Source: Psilocybe cubensis (taxonomy: Eukaryota). From it: DNA of 64,000 bases. The position numbers and the translations under genes are program-made. A model generated the notes under the pieces. The model was not told the origin of the DNA. It ran no database searches and was given only the letters and a program-made list of their open reading frames with translations. Shown here in pieces: positions 39,146 through 51,693 of this stretch. How positions within the stretch are numbered: the stretch's first letter is position 1; each line of letters starts with the position of its first letter. The stretch spans positions 1,116,001-1,180,000 of the forward strand of contig CM039000.1 in the NCBI GenBank assembly GCA_017499595.2. The letters are read 5' to 3'.

Positions 39146-42100
39146 ATGACATCTGCTCAACCAATGCAGACGGATTCAGTAAACGAAAAGGCCTCGACCC
39201 CGACGCCCATACCTCCGGAGGGAGACGAGCCTGTGAAATCATCGACAAAGGCAAAGCCAGGAGCGTCATGGAAAACAGACGAGACGCACGTATTGCCTCA
39301 TAATAATTTGACCCTGGTGCGTACATGTCTTTACTCTGGGTTTCTTTCTGCACCCTGACGTTCTTCCAATGGCAGGTCTTTTCCGGGCTTATGTGTACGG
39401 TGTTTTTGGCTGCCATAGACCAGGTATGTATCCTGCATTTGTTTTTTCTGTGTGCCCCGACGTGTTAATGGCTGCCTTGCGCGTTCAGACCATCGTGGCC
39501 ACTGCATTGCCAACTATAATCGAGAAGCTAGGTGGTGGAAAACAATACAGCTGGATCGGAACGTGAGTAGTATCTCCCTGAAACCTACCTTATCACTAAC
39601 AAACTTTCATTCAATCACCAGTGCGTACCTACTAGCCTCTGCCGGGTATGCGGAGTCCCTGTTATTCCCTTTGACGCGTTGTCATACTCATGTAAATCTC
39701 TTGTTCTTATCCTGCAGACTTTCACCGCTGTACGGAAAGCTCTCTGATCTTATAGGCAGAAAGCCCGTGCTATATACCTCTATCATCATTTTCTTGGTAC
39801 GCCCGCGTCCCTTATCGGCGTGCTGCTAATCGTCGGAAGCGACGAACCCTAACTGATCGATCGACGCGTATTTATAGGTTGGCTCAGCGCTATGCGGTGC
39901 AGCGCAGAGCATCGTACGTCCGCCACCGTGTCGTTTAGGAGTTTCCCGTTAATCAAAGTTACATTCTTCTCTCTTTTTGCCTTTGCATGGTTTTCGTTTT
40001 ATGATGTGTAGACGTGGTTGATTGTGGCTAGAGCTGTGCAGGGTATCGGAGGTGGTGGGATTATCCAGTTGGTACGTTCACACTTCTCTGTCATTTTTGC
40101 CGTCAATACAGTCTTGGACGGCTTGGTGACCGTTTTTTTCATATTGTTAATCGGGTTGCTGACCTCTGGGCTATTTATGACGATGGGAATAGGTTAATAT
40201 CACGATTAGCGATATTGTTCCGCTGGCAGAGTGAGTTTTCTTCATTTTTTTCTCCTGTCCCAGTGGATTGGGACCTTGGAAGAATTATTCTTCCTGGTTA
40301 CTGACGGTGGCGTTTGATTTGGTTTTGTATTTTAGTCGTGGCAAGTATGGAGGGCTTATTGGAGCGACGTGGGGTATTGCGAGTGTTGTTGGGCCGTTGC
40401 TTGGAGGAGTGAGTATAGTTCTGCTTTTTGATTTCACTAAATTGACATGAGAATAGGTTTTCACAGACCATGTTTCATGGAGATGGTACATACCCCTTTC
40501 TTCCTTCTTGACTGTGACCTTTTCACTCAAGATTTATTAATAGGTGTTTCTTCATCAACCTGTAAGTTAGCTCTTTCGATTTTAGTCTCTTCTCCCCTTA
40601 GACCTCGATAAGGAAAACAACTAACCGGATTTGTATAATGCTAGTCCGACCGGAGGCGTCGCTGCCGGCATTCTCTTCTTCTTCCTGAACTTGAATCCGC
40701 ACCAGGGACGTTCTTTCAGGGAACATGTGGCAGACTTTGACTTTTTGGGTCTGTTCCTGATCGTGGTGGGTATCGTGCTGGTTTTGCTAGGGTTTAATGA
40801 GAGTGAGACGTCATGTGGGTTTATTTTTCTCTTTTTTTCTTTTTTTGTGTTCTGTATGGGTGTCTGATGCGTTGTGTTCTCTTTCTTTCTGTTTTCTGGT
40901 GGCATTAGGGAACTCGAAGACGACGATTTCGTTCCTGACTGTTGGGTTTGTGCTGTTGTTGTTGGGAGGAGTGAACGAATATTTTACGACCCGATCTCCT
41001 ATTGTCCCACCGCGATTGTTCAAGGTCAGTTTTTACCACCCTATAACTAAAAAAACGATGAGTATATCTGATCTGGTATTTCGTATACCTTTCGATTAGA
41101 CACGTACAACAGGGATTATCCTGATCACGACATTCCTACACGCACTCGGATTCTTCTCGGGTGCTTATTATTTACCATTGTATTTCCAAGTTCTCGGCGC
41201 GTCGGCTACGCGTGCAGGTGTCGAGTAAGTCTTTGTTCCGCTCATGATCATTCGATCCAGCATTGCGTTAGCGCCGCTGCCGTTATATTATGCGATCCGG
41301 AACAGAACAGAAACTGATTACGGGTCGCTTGTACATTTCAGGATGCTGCCGTACTCGCTGGGCTGCGCGGTGCTCTCAGCGTTGTCGGGTGTGTTGGTGT
41401 CCAAGACGGGGCGGTATAGACCTGTGATGTGGGTTGCGTTCGCGGTGTTCGCCACGGGGATGGGGTTGATGATTATGCTCGATGCGCAATCTACCACGTG
41501 CGTTGCTTTTTATTCGTTGGGTATACGGTGAACATGTTGATTGACGCCTTTGGACTGGGGGTTGTGGAATTTATAGAGCGGAGAAAGTTTTATACCCCCT
41601 CGTGGCTGCTGTGGGATTGGGGTGCTTGTTCCAGGTATGCAGTTGGAGACTCTCTCCTGTGTTTATATTTGAATCTATAAACTGGTCGATTGACGCTCGT
41701 GACTCTCGCATCTCTAGACGCCGTTGATTGGACTGCAGGCAGCGATGCCGATAAAAGACATGGCGACGAGTACAGCGACATTTGGTTTCATTAGGTACGT
41801 GTTTGGTCGACGTCTTGGCGATATGTTGATAGTCGTCTCGCATGGGTTAAAATGATGATTATTGACGTGTTGGTGTCTTTTGTTAGGACCATTGGCGCTA
41901 CGGTTGGAATTTCGATTGGCCAGGCTATTTACACGAGTGTATGTGCATTTTTTTTAGGAGTGCGACTACGGTTTAGGAGTGCGACTACGGTGAACTTATG
42001 ACATTTCATTTTTATCTCTATTTTTGTAGTCGTTGAAAAAGAAGTTGGAGGGTATGGGCACGCCTGGCGGCATCGACACGTCGCCTGCGGCGCTTAGCCA

Positions 42101-42911
42101 GAACGTGCGCAATCTGAAGAATATCCCTGTACGTGTTTTTCATTTCATGTAATTTGTGATGCGATGGATGCGTGTCACACTATTGTCGTTATCGTGATCG
42201 TTATTCGGATACATTTTCCGAGTGTTCCGTTGGCGCAGGGAGGCTTCTGAGAGCGCTTATTTAGCGACACATCCGTTTTCCATTCAATTTGTATTTGTGG
42301 ATTCCGATTTGCTGACTGTTATGCCAATATTAGGATCCCGTGGTGCGGGCATCTGTGATTGACGCCTATGCCAAGTCTATCAGCACGATTTGGCTGGTGA
42401 TGACACCAATTTTGGGCGCCTGTTTTGTTATGGGTGAGTAAGCGGTTGCTAGTTTTACGTTCCGTTTCTTGGGCGCTTGTGGAAGAGTTGACATTGATAA
42501 CGTGTCACGAAATTGGATTTGACGATGGAATGATCGGGGGTTTTGATGCTCACGGATCCAATTGAGGAATGGAATGTCAACGGAAACGAGAGTAGACGGG
42601 CGTCGGGCATGGAGAAGGGAGGAGGGTATGACTTCATGGCCATGTTTCACTCTTCTCAGGGTTTGTGTTACCGCGGAATGGGAATGGTCGCTGAATGCAA
42701 CTCTGGGCTAGTTTTGTTTCTTAGGAATTATACGCTTGCGCGGAATATTGTGCGCGCTGGACCGAAGGAGAAGGAGAAGCAGGATGTCGAGAAGGGGGCT
42801 GGTGAGAGGGAGAATGACAAGGACACGGATGATGTGACGGTTGGACCGACGACGAGCTCTGGGTCTGCCGGGGAGTCTATGCACAAGGAGAGCAAAGAGG
42901 GTGACCGGTGA
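39146..42911 (+). CDS. MFS drug:H+ antiporter, DHA2 (14-TM) type; many small exons
   Basis: [91 protein letters not shown]. Ends with a charged tail ...KEGDR*. Confidence 0.92.
41953..41990 (+). repeat. Perfect 19-bp tandem duplication inside an MFS intron
   Basis: TTTAGGAGTGCGACTACGG occurs twice in tandem. Confidence 0.9.
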
Positions 42912-43106
42912 ACGATATATGGGATTAATATAGGATGTGTATTTAGACAGGGATATTAGAATTAATATGGGTGTATTGCGAGCGCCTAGTTGGAAGTATA
43001 TAATGAGGACGGGAGACGATAAAGGGGCGATTGAGGCAGGCACGTGCGTTTGTATTTGGTAGTGTGGAACCCGGTGCTCTGAGATTGTTGTCCTGTTCCC
43101 CACACC

Positions 43107-45024
43107 ATGCCCTCCGAGCAATACGCACAGCACGCCCCTCCCGAGCACGCCCTCCAGCCAACAGACGCCCAGAAGCTCTGCTACGCTTGCCAGAACACCC
43201 TCCAGGACCCTGCGGCGTCCCTCTATTGCACCACATGTCGCCCGTCTGCCACCCACCACGACCAGCAGCATCCAGCACAGCTCCCCAGGCGGGCCCAGGA
43301 GCACCAGTCTCTGCCTGAACCACATCCAGCAACCCCGTATCGTCCACCAACTCCCCCACCATCCTCTCCATATGCATCAGCAAAGAAAGCCACCTTGTCA
43401 ACGCTGCAGTGCAGCGGTGTCAGCACTAACATAGCCTCCCCCACATCTCCGAGTCCCTCATCTGTGCATCGATCCCAGCAGAGCCAACACCAGCACCAGT
43501 ACCAGCAACATTTTGCGGCTGAGACACCGGCAGCGGCAGTCCCACAGCGCTACAATGGAGCTGGTGCGGTCGCGGGGAGCTCCCAGAGCTATCTCGATCC
43601 TCTCGTGGATATCACCCGTTTGCGCATCCGGACCCGTGCGCACCATTGTCTGTACCCCGGGGCGATGTTCCAGGGCACCCAGAAGAGCGGCAGGAACAGC
43701 TACGACGTCAACGTGACCATCGTGGTACGTCCCATCCCTCTCCCCTCCCCTTTGCCCTTTGCACGCGATCACAGTTCTATGTGATTGTGACTTCTCTCTC
43801 TGTGTGTGATATGCGGCTGGTTACTGAATTGTGACCCTTTTCCCTTCTTCTGTGATTTCCTTCAATGGTTGGGTATCGGTTGGTGCGATTTTTTTTTTGG
43901 CCGTCGCCATGTTGCCTTTGTAGGACGTCAATTTCGCTGCATCGACACTGTGTGGATACCTCCGAATCCGTGGGCTGACAGACGACTGGCCGGAACTGAC
44001 AACGTACTTTGACGCTGAGATTATTGGGAACCGGTATGGATTCCTCACTCAAAACTGGGGCGCCTCGCAGCATGAGGATATCGTGCATTGGTCCCGATTC
44101 CCTGCATTCAAACATATCAGGCATGAAGCCCAGCGACCGTATATGACGCTCGATGACAGGGACCGCGGAGTCGTGTTTATGCGCTGGAAGGAGCGGTTCC
44201 TTGTTCCGGACCATCGCGTGCAGGATATCAACGGTGCTAGCTTTGCAGGTCTGTTGTGAATTTTTTTTTCGCTGTTGTTCATTCAGTTGCACTTTTTATT
44301 TTTTTTTTCTGATTTTACAACGGTCTGTTAACGCTGTTGGGATGTGTACAACAGGGTTTTACTATGTATGCGTCGATTTTAACCCACCAGCGACGCCCGC
44401 TTCACCGACACCCACCCTCCCTTCCTGCGACTCGGCACTTGACGACAGCGGCAACCTCGACTCGGCGCCGATCCACCACATGCCTGCTATCACACCGGAA
44501 GACGAGGAGCTCGCCGCTCACCAGCAACATGCACAGGCGGGCGCGGGGGTAGACATGGGGATGATGGATCTGGACATGGATATGGGGATGGAAGATCTGC
44601 AGAATCCGTACAGCACGAGCACGTCGCCGCCGCGCGCGTCGCGGGTTAAGGCTCCTGGACGGTCGAGGTCGAGGCGGGCGTCGAGTGTGAGGAGGCGTGG
44701 GCCGTCGTTGGCGCCTGTCAGTCCTGCTGTGGCGACGATGAGTGGGTTTTATTATCATCAGAATTCTGAGCCGTGAGTTTTTGCATTTTTTGTCTTTTCC
44801 TGTTCAAATTCCCGTTATTCGCTTTCGTTCTCTATTTGTTTTACTGATTTTGATCGTTCTGTTCTGTTGCTTGCGATATTTTTTTTTTTTTTTGGTGTTC
44901 GTTTGGATTGTGGTCTAACTCTGAACATTTTTCTTTCTCTTTTTTTTTTGCTGCGATTAGATATCAGCAATTATCCTTGGCCCACGTTCCAGAATCGACC
45001 AGCTCAAGCTTCGAGTTCCGCTGA
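43107..45024 (+). CDS. GID4: GID4/Vid24 family substrate receptor of the GID/CTLH E3 ligase
   Basis: LYPGAMFQGTQKSG..YDVNVTI, LCGYLRIRGLT...ELTTYFDAEII, FLTQNWGA...D..HW..F, FMRWKERFLVPD, SFAGFYY, GFYYH..SEPYQQLSL, ending SFEFR*. Confidence 0.93.
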
Positions 45025-48000
45025 GATTAGGCGTGGATATGGATGTCGATCTCGATCTCGATTGATGACTTTCGAGCAAGAGGGTCCGAGTTTTGAGTTT
45101 GTTCTGGAGTCTCGTCTAGCCTAGCCTTCTCCATGATCTCAAGTCCGAGCTTCAAAGTCGAAAGTCGAAGTCGAAGTTGAAGTCGACGAGTTTATTAGGA
45201 TAATGTGTACCATCTCTTTTTGTGTTTTCACTTTTTTTTTCTGTTCGTTCCCTCGTTTCACTTTCGTTGTTAAGTTTATTATAAGTTTCGTGCGTGTGCG
45301 TGCGTATGTTTGTGGTTTGTGATTGGGTGGTGTGCGTGTGCGTGTGGAGTTTGGCTTTGGCTTTCGAATTTTCGTAGTTTTGTGTGAAGTTTCATTGGGG
45401 GCCGGGTTTAGTGTGGTTTTGGTTAGGGTGTTTGGGTGGTGGTTTAATTAGCGTTTTTTTCATTTTTTTTCAGAGGGAAGGTTGAAAAGGAAAGGGCTTG
45501 CGCAATGTACTTACGTGTATGTATACCACTGCTCGTATGATTTTTTTGTTTTTCGCATTCGTGTAGCGTTGGGAATTGTGTCGTTCTTTTGTTTTCTCTT
45601 TTTCCCTTTTTTTAAGATCAAAATACGGCTATTCATATTGTACTAGTCTTTCTTCTTCTTCGTTCTTCGTTCTTCGCTTTTGCTGTGTCTTTTCTTCCTC
45701 CCTCTTCCATTTTAGTTTTGGATCATGTCTCTTTTCTCTGTCTCGTGTGTCTTGTAATCCTATCAATCAATCCACCACTCAAACTTCAAACTTCAAATAT
45801 TACTCACTCGCCTACTCGTTTTGAAATTTCATGGTTAGTTTTTGGATCGTTTAGACCAAGTGGGGTAAGCGAGGGTAAACTATGGGATGGGATGGATTAT
45901 GGAAGGGGTTTGAGAATTGACATTGAGATAAAAGATACCGGGTAACTACATAGTTCCTTTGTCACGGTCATGCCTTGGGGACCAGAGACCAGGAAGGAAA
46001 AACCAGCAAGCTAGCAAAGCGCGTGGTACGTAGCGCGTGTTACTGTTGGCGTGTCAGTGGGTATTGGCTTGGCATGCGTCTGTGGATTTGTTATGAACTT
46101 GTGTTGGTTATGGTTATGTTATTTCCCCGCATTTTGATCGCTTACGGCTTGATTGGGGACTCGGGAGGACGGAAGAGTCACTGGAGATGGGAAGAGAAGT
46201 TCGGATTTGGGAATAAGGAATGAGGAACGGGAGGAAGCGAGAGAAAGGCCAAAGTCTGATTTGGTTTTTCTGGTTGTTTCGCGGCTTATTTTTTTTTGGA
46301 AATATAGTGTGTGGTTGCATACCTCCATGCTTAGGCGCCTGCCTGCTATAGTGCCAACGAATTAAACATGAATACAGTATATATGAATATGAATTGTGAT
46401 CCGGGGTTTTACGAGTCGGCTGAATGTATTGCTGTTGATTTTGCAACACTTTGCAGCCTTTGTCTGATGACGGGCTCCGGAGGTTTAAGCTTAATTCTTC
46501 AGGCTTCAAGGATGTTACCGAGATACGTGGAGGTTGAGCGTGGGCTGGTATTTATAATTTTGTATCGAAAAGGGTACATACATACGAGTTTTGACCTGGA
46601 CGTCCGGCTCAAGGCTGTTTGGTTGGCGGAATGGTACTACTTTCCAGTTGCCAGTTGGCAGTGTTCCTGGCACTCACTGGGGCACAACCGCGCACACTTC
46701 AACAGCAATTTGACGTTGTGGACTTGCAGCCTACTTACCTGCAGTGTAGTCTAGTGTATTGACTGTCATTCAGCATTGCGTTTGATGATCGCGGTGTTAT
46801 GCTCTGCTATACCCGCGCATAGCTCCGCGAATACTGACAAAGTTATTAAAGTACACTATCCGGACGGACACGCTGTAGTAGGCTTTTATAGCGTCTGTGC
46901 ATGTACAGGTGGTACTATAGTACAATTGAATGTACATCCGATAAAATTATTGACGGGTGTACGTGGCGTGTGCTGTGAGGCTATCATGTTGATTGGACCG
47001 GCGTGGACGTGATATGGATATGGATTATGGATATGGGAATGGAATGAGATGGAATGGGTTGGGCTTGTTGGGTTTTGTGTTCGATGCGTTGATTTTCAGG
47101 GAATCTGCACCCGGGGTGTATCACGTACGTATAGTATGCTATGCGCGCCATGACGTCGGAGCGTGATTGAGATGATAGATGATAGATGACTGATGATGAA
47201 GGGTTGGGATTGCTCCCGTATCGCGGCCAAATGCAAGCGACGGCATCGACGAGGAGGGTGGAGTTGCTGTTGAGGAGTGGGCTCGCTGTCTCAAGTTTGT
47301 GCTGCATGCGCATTCGAGGGTGGAGGAGTGTGATCTCACCGTTGTCTACCCCGCGCACCGATGCCCTCTCTAGCGCCCCTCTTATGATACACGCGTGTAA
47401 GACAGCGTTATTCGTCTTGGAAAAAACCTCCAGATGGCTGAACGGTTTAACATCAACGGTAACGATCGCAGAGCCAATGGGTTATGTCATGCAGACCTCG
47501 TAAACAAGGCCCGTGCCAGTGGGTTTTACACACTCACTTTCGCAATGTCGTACGAAAATCATATGGTATTGAAGCCAGACGCTATTTTTGAAGCATCTGC
47601 ATATCATGAAATTCACGATGCTTCCATGTCCAGGCTATGAATCGCGAGAAATGCGTGTGTTTTATGGTGTGGTTCTTTTTGACAGGGCATGGGACCTGTG
47701 TGTGCAGGAATAGTGCGGTTTGGACAGTTAGGCTGTTGGCATATGATATTTTCACGGATGGTGTGGAGGGTAATTGGAGGTGGGAGGTGGGGGTGGGTGT
47801 GGTCACTAGGCACTGGCCATCTGCAGAGATGAGATGGAAATGGGAAGAGGAAGATGAAGAGGGAGAATTTGATCCATGGATGATATGTTTATGTGATCAT
47901 ACGCTCGGCGGCCATTGTCTACTCGATGTCCAGTTGATGGACATCGAAAATTGGCTCAGGCTTGTTCAGCCACTGGAAAAATGAAACCTTTTTTTGCGCC

Positions 48001-48406
48001 TTTTTCATCTTTTGGGGGTGCGTTCGGGGGTATACATATATCTTGAGAGGGGGGTGGGGCTTTGTGATGCCCCTGACTGACACCACCCAACGTTCTTGCG
48101 ATTTGCACCTCAGGCTCTCTGCATAATTGCGCCCTTTCTGCTTCCGCTGCGCCTTGTCCTTGTCGCTTGCAGGTTTTTTTTTTGGGATAGGGTCAACGCT
48201 CGCTTGCTTGGGTGTACTCACACGCACCTGCTTCTTTCTTGTTTCTTGTTTCTTGTTTCTTGCTTGTTCCATAACGCCCCTACCCTTCGCTATCCATCAG
48301 GATTTTTGGACGCCCGTAGCGTTTGGGAGTTTTCAGCAGCTTGGCAGTGTTGAGTGAAGAAGTGAAGAATCATCGAGACTAGGTCTTATTCGGATAGGCG
48401 ACAGCG

Positions 48407-51400
48407 ATGACGATGGCTAGTAGTACCGTTTCCGCGGCAAAAGTAAAAGCAAATGCAACAGGTGGAGGGGAAGGAGATCGTCCAGCGGGAAGTGGCCCGC
48501 ATGTGGTGATCGTAGGCGCAGGGTGCGTGACCTTTATTTTGCTATATTCTTCGATGCTTCGGAAGTTCCTTCGCGTCCTTCTCATTCGCCTTCTTTTATA
48601 CCTTCTATCGTTTCCTTCTATCTCGTTACGCATCGGGGCATAACAATTATACCGTTGTATGCAAACGCATGCTGTAATATCTCGCGTGGATGGAATCGTG
48701 CAGGCTCGCGCTCAGCGCTCAGGGTCCCGCAGCTGTAGCCCCTGCCCTGCTCTGCGCTGAATGTGCGGACTCAGAGCGCGGGATCCAGTTTTCGCTCCCT
48801 TATCATGACCTCATCGCTTTACGCGTACTTCATTTCCTTGCATGCATCTAATTATTTAAAATACTTAACTGATAACTGGACTGGTACTAATCACCTCCTT
48901 TTCTCCTCTTTGCATCACGCATCACGCATCATTATTATTCTTTGGGCGCCTGTGATTCGGATATTGGTGCATTGCACATTGCACATATGTATATGTATAT
49001 GTGTGTATGTATACCTTTTTGTAATGGGTATGGGTATGGGTCTGCTGTTACAGGTTAGCGGGGATCGCAGCTGCTATCGCGCTCAAGACACAATTGGGCT
49101 TTGAAAACTTTACGGTGCGTGTCGTGTCTCGTTGAAAGTCAATCGTCGCGTGTGGCTCATTAACTTTTTTTTTCAGATATATGAACGAGGCGATTCTATA
49201 GGCGGGACATGGAGAGTACGTGATTTTAACTTTCTTTATCGTCTTTGTATTTATACTGATACTCTTACGGTTAGGATAACACATACCCAGTAAGCATCAC
49301 ACTGCACAACACCTCCCCGACTTGATCTAAACCTACCCAAACAAAAACTAACCCACCATGACACCCATAGGGCTGCGGCTCAGACGTGCCCGCGCACTGG
49401 TACTCCCTCTCAAGCGAGCTGAACCCGCACTGGGAGACATTCTTCGCGACGCAGCCCGAGCTGCGCGCGTACTGGGAGCATCTGTGGCATAAACACGATC
49501 TTGCGCGGCGCACGGTGTTGAATGCGAATGTGCGCGGGGCGGTGTGGAGGGAGGAGGCGCAGCGGTATGTGGTTGAGGTGGAGGATGTGTCGGGGTATGC
49601 GTCGCAGGATGGGGATGGGGGTAAGGGTAAGGGTGGGGACGGGGAGAGGAGGATTAAGAAGGTCGAGGCGCAGGTGGTGTTTTGGGCGATTGGGGGGTTC
49701 CAGGCGCCGTTGTATCCTAGTGAGATTGGCGGGAGGGAGGCGTTTAAAGGCAACCTGTTTCATTCTGCGCGTTGGAGGCATGATGTTGTGTTGCATAATA
49801 AAAGGGTCGGAGTCATTGGGAATGGGTGTTCTGCGTAAGTCTTTTTTTTTTTGGGATTTTCTGCTTTGGCGTCGGCGACGCGTGCTGAGGGTTTGACTGT
49901 GATTGTTAGCGCGCAGCTTATCCCTGAGATCACGAAAGATCCGAGCGTGCATGTTGTTAATTTCTGCAGAACGCCACAGTGGTTTGTTCCGAGGGTTAGT
50001 ATTGCCATTATCACATCTCCGGCGCTCAGAAAACTGAGAAATTTGAATGGCAGGGAAATTTCCGATATCCAGGGTGGTTGCAATGGATGTTTGCGCATGT
50101 ACCGTTTTTGTTGCGGTGGTATCGCAATGTCATCATGGCTCGCGTGCGTAAATTTCCTCAAATGTTCGAGGTATTCTTATTGACGCGAGCGCGCGCAAAA
50201 AAATGCAGTCGGATTTCCAGTTTTTGATATTCCGGAAGAATAATAGGATGTTGTTGTATATCATAAGAAAGGTACGCGCCGTTCGGCATGTTGTTGGTGT
50301 GAGATGAGATGCAGATGCAAGGACGAACGTTGATGGTTCGATTTGGTTTGCAGGCACTCACGGCGTATATTAAGTACATGGCTCCGAAGGAAGAAGTGAA
50401 GAATCTAATTCCAAACTATGGCATGTTCCGCGTTTCCTTTTGCTTCTCTTTGACGGTACCGCTGACTTGTGTGTGTGCGTTTGCAGCTCCTGGATGCAAG
50501 CGTATTATTGTCGATCCAGGGTACCTCTCGGCGTTGAAGCAGCCGAACGTGAACATTAGATGGGACGCCATCGATCGTATTGTGGAAAAGGGCATTCAGA
50601 TGAAGTCGGGCGAGTTTGTACCCCTTGATGTGATCATCTTCAGCACTGGCTATTTGACGGTGGGTGTTTTTTGTTCACTCGTCAGAGTGTGGACTGTGTC
50701 GTCACAGGGATGCTTAATGTCCGTTCTTCGATGACGACCCCGTGTCAATTGGTATATATAGGATGGTTCAAACCAACTTCAGATCCGAGGGCGGGATGGT
50801 GTGACTCTTAGGGAGTACTTTGAAAGCAAGGGAGGGCCGTATGCGTATTTGGGCTCGTGCATCCCTGGGTTCCCGAACCAGTATTTGGTATTGGGTAAGA
50901 GCTGAATATGGAGTGTTGCAGACTGCGGACGGGGAAGCTGATTATTTCTTCTAGGACCAAATGTTGCGTCTGGGCACGCATCGGTTATATTCAGCGAAGA
51001 AGCTCAGGTGGGTTTTCTTTCGCTCTCACAGTCGCGTGAAGAAAAGGCGTCGCCTTGCGAAAGCCGAAAGCGAGGCAGTGCAGGCGCCTTTTTGGGGGAG
51101 GCATGACATAGCTTGAACTGAATTGAATGATTTGGACTGTATAGATCCAGCATGCACTGCAGCTTATCAAGCCGGTGCTGGAGGGCAAGGCCAAGTCGTT
51201 CGAGGTGACGGAGGAGGCGACGGTAAAATACAACGAGTGGTTGCAGACGAGGCTGCAGGACTCGGTGTGGACGGACTGCATGTCTTATTACCAGGCAGGG
51301 CGCAATAACAAGACACGGATTGTAGCGACGTTCCCGGGCCCTGTGGCGCTGTTTTGGTGGTTTTGCCGCCGGCCGCGGTGGGAGCTGTTCCGGGGAGTAG

Positions 51401-51516
51401 GAGCGGAGGCATGGGAGCAGGAACAGAAAGTTGGCAGGATCACAAAGGGAGCATTGTTGGCTGTAGTCGTTGCGGCTGCGCTGGGAATAGGATTTGCGGG
51501 GTGGACGGGTATTTAG
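48407..51516 (+). CDS. FAD/NADPH-dependent monooxygenase, Baeyer-Villiger (type I BVMO-like) family
   Basis: Rossmann VVIVGAG|LAG, GGTWR|DNTYP|GCGSDVP, fingerprint FKGNLFHSARW, second Rossmann VGVIGNGCSA, PGCKRI, DVIIFSTGY, PGFPN...GPN, and a C-terminal hydrophobic segment. Confidence 0.92.
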
Positions 51517-51693
51517 TTTCAAATGTATAGTACTTATGTTTTGTAGAAATAAGTAAGTATTTGAACAAGTAACCCAATTTAGGGCGGAGTTGGATTGACA
51601 GGTGGCTGTTGATTTGGCTCTGCGACCTGCTTCAGTGCACAACTCATAGCAGGGCCGCCCAGGCCTTATCCCTCCCTCCATCCACACAACACA

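Noticed and set aside
45405..45445. GGTTAGGG / GGGTTTAG telomere-like words (also TTTAGG in the 41953 duplication)
   Set aside because: Isolated single units in GT-rich UTR or intron sequence, with no array and no support for a telomerase template.
45576..48357. Many 60-130 aa ORFs in the GID4-BVMO gap
   Set aside because: Low-complexity, compositionally driven ORFs without homology cues.
39146..51516. MFS transporter plus monooxygenase as a secondary-metabolite cluster
   Set aside because: No PKS, NRPS, terpene synthase or RiPP precursor in the window, and the neighbours are housekeeping genes (GID4, CK1, Ran).
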